A stretch of DNA of 64,000 nt from Camelus dromedarius. Taxonomy: Eukaryota. The stretch lies in contig NC_087437.1 in assembly GCF_036321535.1 (NCBI RefSeq), positions 85,314,001-85,378,000 of the forward strand. The letters are read 5' to 3'. Below are positions 1 through 12,600 of the stretch, in pieces. A program made the position numbers and the translations under genes. Each line of letters opens with the position of its first letter. Position 1 is the first letter of the stretch. The notes beneath the pieces are model-generated. The model made no database searches, was not told the origin of the DNA, and saw only the letters and a list, made by a program, of their open reading frames with translations.

Positions 1-2265
1 TATCCATTCTTGATAAAAAAAAATTCTTAAAAATTAGGCATAGATGGGACATATATCAGCATAATAAAGGATATATATGACAAGCCCACAAATGACATCA
101 TACTCAGGGGTGAAATGGTGAAAGCTTTTCCTCCATGATCAGGAACAAGACAAGGGTGCCCACTCTCTCACTACTTCTATTCAACATACTATGGGAAGTG
201 CTATCTAGAGCAATCAGGCAAGAAAAAGAAACAAAAGGAATCAGAATTAGAAAGGAAGAGTAAAATTGTCTTTATTTGCAAGTGACATAATTTTATATAG
301 AAAATTCTAAAGACTCAGCCCCAAAACTGTTAGATCTAATCAATGAAATCAGTAAAGCTGCAGCATCCAAAATTAACATAAAAAAATCAATAGTGTTTCT
401 ACACATTAACAATGAGTTTTCTGAAAAGAAATAAGGAAAATGATCCCATCTGCAGTAACATCAAAAACAGTAAAATACTAGACATAAATTTAACCATGGA
501 TGTGAAAGATCTGTGCAATGAAAATTATAAGACATTGATGAAATAAATCAAAGACTCAAGTAAATGATGATAAGGTACCTCACGTTGATGGATTAGACAA
601 AGTAATATTGGTAAAATGTCAATACTGGCAATAGCCATCCATAGACTCAATGCAATCTCTATCAAAATTCCAATGGCATTTTTTATAGTAGTAGTAGGAA
701 AAACACTTCTAAAATTCATATTGGACCAGAAAAGACCCTGAATATCCAAAGAAGCCTTGAGAAAGAAGAGAACAAAGCAGAATTATACTTTCTGATATAA
801 AGCTATACTGTAAATCTATAGTCATCAAAACCATCAAAATATTTTATTCCAGAAATAAACCCAAGCAACTACAGTCAACTAATATTTAACACTATAGCCA
901 ACAATACTCAATGGCTCTTCAGTGAATGGTGTTAGGATTATTGGATATTCGCATATGAAAAAATGATTACTGGATTCCTATCTTTCACCACTCACAAATA
1001 TTAACATGAAATAATTTAAACACTTAAATGTAAGACTCAAAGCCATGAATTTCCTAGAAGGATACATAGGAATAAAGCTCCTTGACATGGGTCTTGGTAA
1101 TGATTTTTTGGATATGACATCTAAAGTACAAGTAGGAAGTCAATGATAATCAAGTAGGACTTAATCAAACTGGAAAGCTTCTGCACAGCAAAAGAAATCA
1201 TCAACAAAGTGAACAGAAAACCTACAGAATACGACAAAAATAACTGCAAAATGTATATCCAAAATATACAAAGAACTCATACAACCCAATAGCAAAATAA
1301 ATAAATAACCCAATTTTTTAAATGGGGAAAGGACCTGAATAGACATTTTTCCAAAGAAGATATACAAAAGGCCAACAGGTACATGAAAAGATGCTCAATA
1401 TCACTATTCATTAGGGAAAGGATAATTAAAACTCCTGTTAGAATAGCTGTCATAAAAGGATAACAAATGCCAGCATGGATGTAGAGAAAAGGGAAATACC
1501 CACTGCTACAACAATAATTGAAAACAGTATGGAGAATAGTCAAAAACTTAAAAATACGCTACCATATGATCCAGCAATTCCACTTGGTAATATAACCAAA
1601 TGAAATGAAAAAACTAACTTGAAAAGATACATGCACCCCATGTTCATAGTAGCATTATTTATAAAAGCCAATACATGGACACAACCTAAGTGCCCACTGA
1701 TTGATGAATGTATAGAGAAGTTGTGGTATTTATACACAATGTAATTCAGTCTTAATAATTGAGGAGATATTACATTTTGTGACAATAATGGAACTTCAAG
1801 GCATTATACTAAGTAAATGAGGTGGGGAAAGATAAATGCTGTGTGATTTCATTTATACATGGAATCAAAAATTTTAAAAACCTTGTAAAAAAGGAGATAA
1901 GACTTGTGGTTACCAGAAGTGGAGGTTGTGAGGAGGGGGAACCGGCTGAAGTTGTTAAAAATGTACAAACTTCCAGTTATAAGAGAAACAAGTACGAGGG
2001 ATGTAATATACAACATGATGACTATAGTTAACACTACTGTATGATATTTAGGGAAACTGTTAAGACAGTTAATAATAAAAGTTTTTTATCACAAGGATAA
2101 AAATTCATTTTTCTTTTTTCTTTCTTTCTTTTATCTGACATTATGAATGTTAGATGAACCCTTGTAATCATTTCAAATACATGTAAATCAAACCAACATG
2201 CTGTATGCCTTAACATTATACAGTGATATATGTTAATTATTTCTTGATAAAATTGGAAAAGAAAA
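1..2265 (+). mobile_element. LINE-1 fragment: degraded ORF2 (RT to C-terminus) plus 3'UTR, cut by the window start
   Basis: ORF2 RT-region motifs (ggaacaagacaagggtgcccactctc = GTRQGCPLS; tttgcaagtgacata, a decayed FADD), C-terminal catatgatccagcaattccact, then an L1MA-type 3'UTR ending in an A-rich tail near 2257. Many stops and indels. Confidence 0.95.
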
Positions 2266-2269
2266 GCTA

Positions 2270-3620
2270 TAGGGTAAAAAAAGAAGGCTTATATAGCCCT
2301 GAAAGTAAAATTAACACTAGATCTATTTCAGCAAAATATAAAAAGAAGCTCAAAACAATTAAGCTCACCTGCAAGTTAATTAACTGCCTACCCAAATAAA
2401 ACATCTCCCTTTTATAAGACAATACAGTCCAAACATTAATACTCTAACAATGTGCGATGTCCTACAAAACAGCAAATTACTGAATTTCAATATAACAGAA
2501 GAGCCGGTCAACAGCCACAGACTCAGATGAATGAGCATGATGGATTTTGCTGACACAGATTTTAAAATACCTTTTATAACAATGTTTAAGGATTTAAAGG
2601 CAAATGAGTAATTTCAATACAAAAAGAAAAGAAAATGTTTAAAATAAGATTCAATTATAAATTATTGGTCTGAAAATATATTCAAGTAAGTCTCACAAAC
2701 AGAAAAATGTTTTGAAAAGATTACCTTCTTAAGAGAATTGACAAAAATAAAAACCAATCTTAAAATCCCTGGAAGCAAAAATTGCCCAAATAAAATAGGA
2801 ATAAAGGCTTAAAAAAATAATACATCACTGTATTTAGGCAGCATCAAGAACTCTATCATATTTGAAATTACATTCCCAGGTGAATAGGGAAGAATATTAG
2901 GACAGAAAAAATATTAAAATAATGGACAAAAATCCATAAACCTAGTGTATTCAGTAGCTCAACAAACTCCAATCAGAATAAGAAAAGAGAGTAAAAATGT
3001 ATAGGAAGATTATAGTCAAATTATGGACAAATATTAATAATAGAAAATATTAAAAACAGTCAAGGAAAAAAGAACACATTATAAAACTAGAAACAAAAAT
3101 AAGGAATATCACTGACTTCCTAACAGAAGCAATGCAAGCCAGAAGACAATGTTATGAGTCAAAGGAAGTGAGAGAGGACTGTTAGGTAGGTTTCCTCATT
3201 CAGTAAAATGTTCTTCAGAAATTAAAGGAATATAAAGGTCTTTGTAGAGAAAAAAATAACTGATAAAAATTTTTAACAAGACACCTGGAATACAAAACAC
3301 ATTGAAGGAGGTTTTAAAATGCAGATGGGAATACCATAAACAAATTTGGATATAGAAAAAAATGAACATGACTTACTGACCTCTTGAAGCAAAAATAATA
3401 GCAATATATTGAGTATGGGCTTTCATATATGTAGAAATAAAACATATGCTAGTCTATAAAGAAGAGAGGGGAAAATGGATGTATAAACTTGGAAATTTTT
3501 ATATTACATATGAGGAATGTAACATTAATCTGATGTAGACAGTAATTCCTAGACCTAGTACCTAAACAAAGTGGTAAAACTAATAAGAGATTAAATAGAA
3601 TATTTAAAATAAATTCAACT
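2270..3620 (+). mobile_element. Old LINE-1 (L1M-type) ORF1/inter-ORF remnant; left part of an element interrupted at about 3630
   Basis: A-rich decayed ORF1-like motifs (gtagctcaacaaactccaatcagaataag; actgacttcctaacagaagcaatgcaagccagaagacaat). Confidence 0.7.
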
Positions 3621-3629
3621 AGAGAGGAG

Positions 3630-6600
3630 CTATCAATATGGTGGAGTAGTAGGACACAAAACTCACCTTCCCTCATGAAGACATCAAAAATGTGCTTACA
3701 TATGGAGCAACTCTCACTGAAAACAAACTGAAGACTCTTGTAAAATCAAGAGTCAGATTTTACTCTTGTCAGAAAGACTCTTGTAAAATCAAGGCTGTAA
3801 GAAAGTTCCACGTGGAATTGAGTAGAAAGGGAAGAGAAGCTATCAGGTTGAGACGTGAGCCCCTGGGAGGGGACTCAGAATGGGAGGTGATTACAGGGGC
3901 AGAGATCCTTTCTGGGAAGTGAGTGATTCAAGCCATATATTGGGTGTCCCAGCCTGGGGTCTAACACTGGAAAGACAAATCTCCTTGGTTAGTTAGGAAC
4001 TAACATGGAGGCTGTGAGAAGTCTGGACTTCACCTGTGAGGAGGGTGCACATGCCTGTTTACTGCCAACCAGGGCAAAGAGGGCAGCTTGAAACTGCACG
4101 GGACTATGACCAATTTCCTGCTACTGCCCTAGTTCATGCCCCAACCTGAGCTGAGTGCCTGAGCTAGACCCGCTTGCTTCTTGACATAGCTCCACATTGG
4201 GGCAAGGGCTGCTGTGGTCAAGGGGAGAGCTAAGCTGGGAGGGATGAAAATGATCCAGACCCAGAACAGTATGTGAGCAGGGTGGGGACAGCCATTACTG
4301 GCAGCACATTCAGAAGATTTTCCAGGCTCTAACTGTAGCCAAGGCTACCACAGCCCATGCTGAATGCCTCAACTAGCCCTTCCTGCTCCGCACTGCAGCT
4401 CCACACTAGGGAGAGAGCTGCCGAGGGGAGAGTTTAGTTTTGAGGGACAAAGGTGGCTCAGACCTAGAGTGGTATCTGGGTGAGATGAGGCAGCCATTAC
4501 TGGCACTTACGAAGGTAGCACATAAGAAGCAATCTGGCCCAGGGCCAAGGCTGCCATGACAATATGAATAGGATGATCACTAGGAGTGAAATTGAATTTG
4601 TAGTGAAAAAACTTCTGGCAAACAAAAATTCAAAACTGGGTGGCTTCACAGGGAAGTTTTACCAAACATATAAAGAACTAATACCTATCTTCAAACTACT
4701 CCAAAAAATTAAAGAGAAGGGGACACTCCTAAATCCATTCTATGAGGCCACAATTACCCTGATACCAAAACCAAAGACACTTAAAAAAAAAAAAAAAAAA
4801 AAAGCAAATTACAGGCCAATAAGTCTGATGAATATAGATACAAAAATTCTCAACAAAATGTTAGCCAACCAAATTCAAAAATATACCAAAAGGATCATAC
4901 ATCATGATCAAGTGGGAATTATTCCATGGATGCAAGGATGGTACAATATCAACAAATCAATTAATGTGATACACCATATTAACAAAAAATAGGCTAAAAA
5001 CTCCATGATCATCTCACAAGACACAGAAAAAACGTTTGACAAAATTCAACATCCATTCATGATAAGAAATCTCATCAAAGTTGGTAAAGAGGGAACATAT
5101 CTTTAATAAAGGCCATTTATAACAAAATCACAGTCAACATAATTCTCAATGGTAAAAAGCTGAACGCCTTTACTCTAAAATCAGGGACAAGACAAGGATG
5201 CCCACTCTCACCACTTCTATTAATGTACTAATGGAAGTCTTAGCCACACTAAGCAGCAAAAAAAGAAAAAGTCATCCAAATTGGAAGGGACAAAGTCAAA
5301 CTGTCACTATTTGCAGATGACATGATAAAAGATATGTATATAATTCTAACATCTCCACCAAAATACTATTAGAACTAATAAATTAACCAGTAAAGTTGCA
5401 GGATACAGAAATCTGTTTCTCTAATAAACAGAAAGAGAAAGCAAAAAAAAAAAAAAATCCCATTTAAAATTGCATCAAAAAGAATAAAATACTTAGGATT
5501 AACCTTAAACAAGGAGGTAAAAGACCTGTACTCTGAAAACTATATAAAACTGATGAAGGAAATTAAAGAGAAAAATACCATATGAGATCGCTCATATGTG
5601 GAATCTAAAAACAAAAACAAAAACAAAAACAACATAAATACAAAACAGAGACAGACTCAGACATAGAATACAATCTTGTGGTTGCCAGGGGGACGGGGGG
5701 TGGGAAGGGACAGACTGGGATTTCAAAATGTAGAATAGATAAACAAGATTGTACTGTGTAGCACAGGGAAATATATACAGGATCTTGTGGTGGCTCACAG
5801 CGAAAGAGAATGTGACAATGAATGTATGTATGTTCACGTATAACTGAAAAATTGTGCTCTACACTGCAATTTGACACAATATTGTAAAATGACTATAGCT
5901 CAATAAAAAATGTTTAAAAAAAAAGATGATAACAAAGAAATGGGAAGATACCCCATAGTCTAGGATTGGAAAACTAAATAGTTAAAATATCCATATTACC
6001 CAACACAATCTACAGATTGAATGCAATCCCTATCAAAATTGCCATGGGCTTTTTTCACAGAACTGGAAGAAATAATCCTAAAATTTATATGGAACCTCAA
6101 AAGACTCTGAATTGCCAAAGTAATCTTGAGACAAAAAAGCAAAGCTATTGTTTTCATGTTCCCTGAATTCAGGGTATACTACACATCTACAGTAATCAAA
6201 ATAGCATTATCCTGGTACAAAAAGAGACATATGCATCAATGGAATAGAGAGCCCAGAAACAAACCTACACAGCTATGGTCAATTAAACTACAACAAAGGA
6301 TGTAAGTACATACAATGGAGAATACTGTCTCTTCAGTAAGTGGTGCTGGACAGACTGGACAGCTACATCTAGCAAAATGAAATTAGAAAATTTTCTCACA
6401 CACTGTACAAAAATAAACTCAACATGGATTAGAGACCTAAGTGCAAGACTGGAAACTTACATTTTCAGTACATAAAACCCCTAGCAGAAAACAAAGACAG
6501 AACACTCTGACATAAGTCATAGCAATATTTTCTTGTATCTATCTCCTAAGGTAAAATAAAAGCAAAAATAATCAAATGCGATCTAAGTAAACTTAAAAAC

Positions 6601-7655
6601 CTTTTCATAGGAAAAGAAATCATCATTTTGAAATGATCATCAAAATGAAAATGTGCTGAATGAGAGAAAATATTTGCAAATTATATGACTGAAAAGGGGT
6701 TAATATTCAAAATATATAAACAGCTCACACAACTCTATAACAAAAAACCAAGAAACTCAATTAAAAAATGGGCAGAAGACTTGAATAGTCATTTTTCCAA
6801 AGATATCCCAAAAGGCATGTGAAGAGATGCTCAACATCCATAATCATTAGAGAAAAGCAAATCAGAACCACAATGAGATATCACCTCATACCTGTCACAA
6901 TGGCTATAATTACATAGTCTTCAAGAAAAAAAAAATTTTTTGGCAAATGCAGAGAAAAGAGAACCCTAGTACTCCATTGCTGGGAAAGTTAATTGGTGTA
7001 ATGACTATGGAAAACAGTATGGAAATTTCTCAAAAAACTAAAAATAGAACTATCATATGATTCAGCAATTCCAGTCCCTGGGTAAATGTCCAGAAAATAC
7101 AAAATACTTATTTGAAAAGATTCATACACCTCAATGTTCATAGAAGCATGATTTACAATACCCAATATATGGAAGCAACCTAAGTGTCCATCAGCTGATA
7201 AATGGATTTAGAAGTGGTTTACATATACAATGGAATATTACTCCGCCATAAAATGACTGAAATTTGCCATTTGCCACAACATAGATGGACCTAGAGTGTA
7301 TCATGCTTAGTGAAATATTTCAGACAAAGACAAATACTATATGCTATCACTTATATGTGGAATCTAAAAATAAAACAAACAAATGAATATAACAAAACAG
7401 AAGCAGACTCACAGATATAGAGAACAAACTATTGATTATCATTAGGGAGAGGGAATGGGGGAAAGGTAGGGGATGAAAAGATACAAAATACTATATATAA
7501 AATAAGTAAGAAACAGGATATATTGTATAGCATAGGGAAATGTTACCATTAATTTCTAACAACTTCAGAGTATAACCTATAAAAATACTGAATTATGATG
7601 TTGGAGATGAAAAACTAATAGTATACATCAACTATACTTCAATAAAAAATAAAAA
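3630..7655 (+). mobile_element. LINE-1 with 5'UTR joined directly to mid-ORF2 (ORF1 and endonuclease absent), complete 3'UTR and tail
   Basis: The 5' end (atggtggagtagtaggac...ctcaccttccc) resembles the 5' end of the young L1 at 59979. ORF 4564-4992 is recognisable ORF2 ([37 protein letters not shown]) and tttgcagatgacatg (FADDM) lies near 5310. A-rich tail near 7641-7655, with an imperfect TSD aaaataaattcaacta / aaaataaatttaatacta. Confidence 0.93.
5570..5921 (+). mobile_element. 5'-truncated young LINE-1 3' end inserted into ORF2 of the 3630-7655 element
   Basis: 3'UTR sequence (ataccatatgagatcgctcatatgtggaatct ... G-rich tract ... caataaaaaatgtttaaaa) interrupts continuous ORF2 sequence (gaaggaaatt-aaaga-tgataacaaagaaatgg). 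Short apparent TSD aaaga at 5565-5569 and 5922-5926. Confidence 0.92.
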
Positions 7656-7669
7656 TAAATTTAATACTA

Positions 7670-9140
7670 AAGGAAGTAGAAATGGAAATAAATAAGAAAT
7701 GACAAATGAGACACATACAAAAAATGGTATAAGTATAATGATATCAATAATTATTTTAAAATTAAATGGACCATGTATTTCTATAAGATGCAGAAATTTT
7801 CCATTTGGATTCAAAAACAAGGGTGACCTATGTGCTGTTTATAATAATTGAATCTTAAATATAAAATCAGATAATGATACAGTAAAAAGATAAGAAATAA
7901 TTAACCAGCAAGTAGTGATAGAAGGTTACCAGGTTTATGTTATTATTATTATTGTTGTATATATTATTGATTACATTATTGTCAGATAAAAGACATGGGG
8001 TAATAATAAGGACAATTAAAACAGACTGAGATATATATTTCCTAGGAAATAGTAAAATCATCAAGAAGGCATAACAATCCTAAAAAGCCTAAGAATAGAG
8101 CTCTAAGATAAGTAAGTAAAAACTGACAAAGCTAAACTGGAAATAGACAGTTATTATTGGAGATTCTAACATTCCAATTATCAATAATTGTCAGAAAAAG
8201 AATTCAAAAAATCAGTAAGCATACAGAATATCTGAACAACTTTTCAACAGAATTGTCTTTTACAAACACTCAAAAACAGCAGAAACCTTTGAAAATGAAA
8301 CATTCCCCATAGACAGTGTGCATAGTGATAATGATAGATACATAGGTCAATAAAAGAGGATAGAGCATGAAGAAATCAACACAAACTTAAAGGGTGAATT
8401 TATTCTCTATGGTGCCAAGTTAGTTCAATGAAGAAAAGATAGTCTTTTTAGATAATGATGAACAATTAAATATTTTAATAGAAAAAAAAATTACATTTCC
8501 TCCCCAATAAGGGCAAGCAATTTGGAATAGACCATTCACAAAAGAAGTCTGATGGATGGCCAACAGGCAGATGAAAATGTGCTCTATGTTAATCACCCAG
8601 AAAACGCAAATTAAGACTATAATGAGATAACACTACATAATTACTAGACTTGGTAAAAATCAAAATGCCTGACAGTAACCCACTGTTGGCAAGGATGTGG
8701 AGCAATTGGAAGTCTCAGAGATTTCTGATTGAAATGCACAATGATACAGCCATCATCAACTTGTTATAAGTAAACAAATTATATCCCAGTATCACAGAAT
8801 ATTACTCAGAAAAAAAAAAACCCCAACATATTTAAACATCAAAAACATGGATGAATTTCAAGAGCATGCTATGTTTAAGAAGTCAAACACAAAAGAGTAA
8901 ACATTATGATAGCATTTATATGAAACTACAGAAATGGAAAAGCCATGGGAGATCAGTGGTTCCCACTGGTGGAAGATAGAGGCCAGAGGAGATGGACTGC
9001 AAAAGAGACCCGGGACACACTTCAGTTGGTTGGAAATGTTCATCATGATTAATGGACTAATGACCATATATAATTGGCCAAATTTATAAAAATATACATT
9101 TTAAAGGGGGGAAATTTATTCTAATTTAATATACTTTTAC
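7670..9140 (+). mobile_element. Old LINE-1 (L1M-type): endonuclease start, ORF2 3' pieces and 3'UTR; right part of the interrupted element
   Basis: Decayed EN motifs (atcaataattattttaaaattaaatggacc; ttggagattctaac, similar to GDFN), C-terminal ggcaaggatgtggagcaattggaa, and 3'UTR catggatgaatttcaagagcatgctatg. Confidence 0.8.
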
Positions 9141-9329
9141 AATTGACATTTGTTTTTTGACTAAAACAAACTTCATAGAATTTAAAACTTGAAATTTTAC
9201 TGCTTCTTTTACAAAAATTGAATCTCACTCTGGTCCAAGCATATCTCTTCTGATTTTTTTTTCCCCACTATTTCAATGTACAAGAGCTACTGGTGAGCTT
9301 TCACTCCTAATAGTCACAACTGCATCTTC

Positions 9330-9685
9330 TTATCAAAGGTCTTGCCTTTAAGGCTGCCAGATTATGTTTTACCTGATCTACCAGAAAAAGCCAGCATCCC
9401 CTTTAGTAAGTCATTGTTTGACTGATGTGTGGGAATAGAAATATAAATGCTCCCTTTCCTCTCTCTCTTGTCAGAGACACTCTGTATTGGTACATACTCA
9501 CACTGTTTTCAGAGATAGCCTGCAGGATGGAACTAAAGTTGCCTTACAAAGGACTTCACCTGTTATTGAGCTTTGCCCCAATTTCCTTACCCTCTTTCTG
9601 ATTTTTTTCTAGAAAGCTTGATAAATTATTTACACAAAAATGTTCATCCTTGGATATTCATTCATATTCTAAGTAAAAGAAGACA
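9330..9685 (+). mobile_element. Possible ancient ERVL LTR remnant (LTR16/LTR33-like)
   Basis: The 3' part (ttccttaccctctttctg...gataaattatttacacaaaaatgttcatccttgg) resembles the 3' end of LTR16-family elements as I recall it. Highly diverged. Confidence 0.35.
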
Positions 9686-12600
9686 TTCTTTGGTGCTATT
9701 ATTGAGCCCCCTAGTTAAAAGTAAGAAAATTCCAATTAGAGAAGGTATAAAATAAAATGAAGTTGTATTGGCAGAAGTGCCTCCAGACTGTCACAACTCT
9801 CATAATGCCTGATGTCTTTTCTTTATAGGAACCTACATTATCACTTGTCACATAGGGTTACCTCTACATAATACATGGAGAGGTGGGGTGGGAAAGGCAA
9901 ATATTCACATTACCAGAGAATATCTGAAGCCAATTCTGTTTACAGGATCTGAAGTGACAGAGAAGGGCTTGATCATTCAACTGCTGACGCAAGCGAAGTA
10001 AGTATTTTCTAGGTTTATTTGTTTTAAATATTTTTCTCTTCACAATGTGTCTCTATGGAAAAATGTGTATATCGAGATACACTTTAGATGCTGGCTTTAT
10101 TGAAGGACAGGGAACAGAGTGTCTTGTGTATGGCAGGCATTTATTAAATACTTCTTGATTCTTTTTTGTTGTTGTTGAATAGTAGTAAAATGTGCTTAAA
10201 AATAAGATGACTAAAAGCATCTGGTAGAAATTTGTCAAGGAAGTAGATATTCATGTTATTTGCTACTTGAAAAAATTTAACATGTTTTGCATGATTTTTA
10301 GGTTACAGAATCAATAAAGTTTCTCTAGACAAATTATAGGCACTGATATTCATAAAATGAGAAGATAATACCAAGAATGCTTTCGAGTTTTACACAGTTG
10401 CTTAATTTTATTTTGGATTGAAAGTATTTTTGATTGTTTTTAATTCAACCAATTATAAAGCAGACTATCAATATAGAGTATATGCAGAGATTTGGGAGAT
10501 TAAAAAGCATAAATATCTGCATTTTGTATATTTTCTTTGAAATCTTTGTCTATCACAGTCATATTTTTCACTAGTAAATGTTCTACAGGTGTTTAATTAT
10601 TTTCTATTAATATGATAATTAACTGAACAAGGAAAAAGAAATTAAAATACCTCTCCCAGAGGAAATTAGAACCAGCAGAGATATGTCTTAAATCAATACT
10701 AACAACAAATTTACCATCTCTACTCCGGGGACCATAACTAGAAATATACACCAGAAGCTTATGAGGTCTTCTGTTATGGAATCAAAATCAATAACCACAA
10801 GAAATAAGACATAATTAATATGGTGAAATGATCCCTGAATGGTGTAGCACGCTGTTTAATTATGTGAGGTCTTATAGGTAAATTGTTATGAAGATGATGA
10901 TCACGATAATGATAGCAGGCAAGGAGGGAAAATGTGGGGAAGAAAAAAGTAGCCATGGAGGAGGGTGAATGAGAGGAAGAGAAAAGATGAGGACAAAGAA
11001 AAACTGTAAGAAATATGGACAAAGGGGATGTAGGGGAAGAGGTGGGGGAAAAGCAAAGAGAATAAGAAATACTTACTTTGTGTAGATTTAGTTGACCCTT
11101 TATTGGTCATTAAGAGTTTAGAATATTATATTTAATGTCATTCAGTAATTTTCTTGTTTTCTTAGCATATATATGAATTTTTTTGTGAGAATCAGAAAAA
11201 TGTATTAAATAATTAAGATCTTAGTTTTAAATTGTTGATGTCAGATGATAAATAACAACATATATCAACATATATCTACATATCTAATAAGCATACATTC
11301 ATATAGATTCCCTTATTCTTACTCATATATAGAAGTACACAGGCACAGAATTACCCAGTTTTTTCTATAATAAACCTTATTTCCCTGCATTATTTTTCAG
11401 AAAACTCATGTAATTTTGTACACAGATTTTGAAAGGATTACTAATATTACCTACCACGAAAACTGGATTCAGTAACTCTTCTCTCATTATTTTCATATAG
11501 ACAGTGTTTGAATTCACCCTTAGGAGCCTCTGTACGATGCTTTTTTGGCATCGATAATCGGCAGGTGAATTTCTTAGGAGTATAGATAATATGTGTCACA
11601 CAGCACTCAGAGTTAATGTCTCCTGGGGTGGCCTTATAGGCAAAGTTCTGGTACATTAAGTCAAACATGGAATAAGTGGTATGAAGGAAATAATGCAAAT
11701 TGAAAAGTGACTTAAAAAAACACTAGTAAATGGCTATTTTGCAAGATAAATGTACAGCTAAGTTAGCATGAGCTACAAATATATATATAAAATATATATA
11801 TAAAAGCAGTCAAAAATTCTCAGAAAATAGGCAAAGTATTGTTATTTTTAAGTTGGCTTCCACAAAGTTAATTTATCTTCAGAGAGACTGGTTCTCTTTT
11901 CTCTGTGTGATTCGACGCCATAAGTTCTATTGAATGCAAAGGTCAAGGAATGTTGGGTGTAGGGGACAATAATAAAAGAAGAAATGCCATCAGTCCTCAA
12001 TACTCTAAACTTCCAAACTCAGTACATAGTTCAAAGATTCTCAGAACCTGGGCATTGTTCCTCAGGAAAAATTTGTCTGGGTTCCACTGAGATATTAATG
12101 CATGTATTGTTTGGCCAAAGATCTAGCTGCACTTGGACAGACACTGAGAATTATTTTCTTGATCTTCCTAGGAAATCTAACAGGTTTGTATTGAGGGTCA
12201 CAATGTCTGAATAAGCAAGATGCGTATTCTTATTTCTGAGGTTCAGGCCTTCTGTTAGTTTGCCTCTTCCAAGTCCTTTCAGATTCAGGTTATATTCTGA
12301 GTCATCTGTTTATTCCCAAATCTATTCATCTGAAAGTTCTCTCATTGCACAATTATAGAACTATAAGAAATGAAAACATATAATCAGATTATGTCACAAA
12401 GTACTAATTTAACTTTACTCAATTGTACAGTTTAAGAGAAATCATTTTTATTCTATAAATTTTTAATATTAATATAGGTTTACTTCTGCTAAAGATGATA
12501 GTGGGACTTGTATGCAACTCCTTGGTTTCTGTGTTATGTTAAGCCAAAATATACTCAGTATCTAATTCCAAATCCCATAATGAATTAAGTTCCTACCAAT

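Noticed and set aside
525..2216. Short minus-strand ORFs rich in F/L/C (also 29622-30374, 49506-50463, 61764-63881, and plus-strand 42567-43158)
   Set aside because: They are antisense shadows of A-rich L1 sequence, not genes.
10774..11110. Ser/Phe/Leu-rich minus-strand ORFs (also 56140-56328)
   Set aside because: They arise from polypurine low-complexity tracts.
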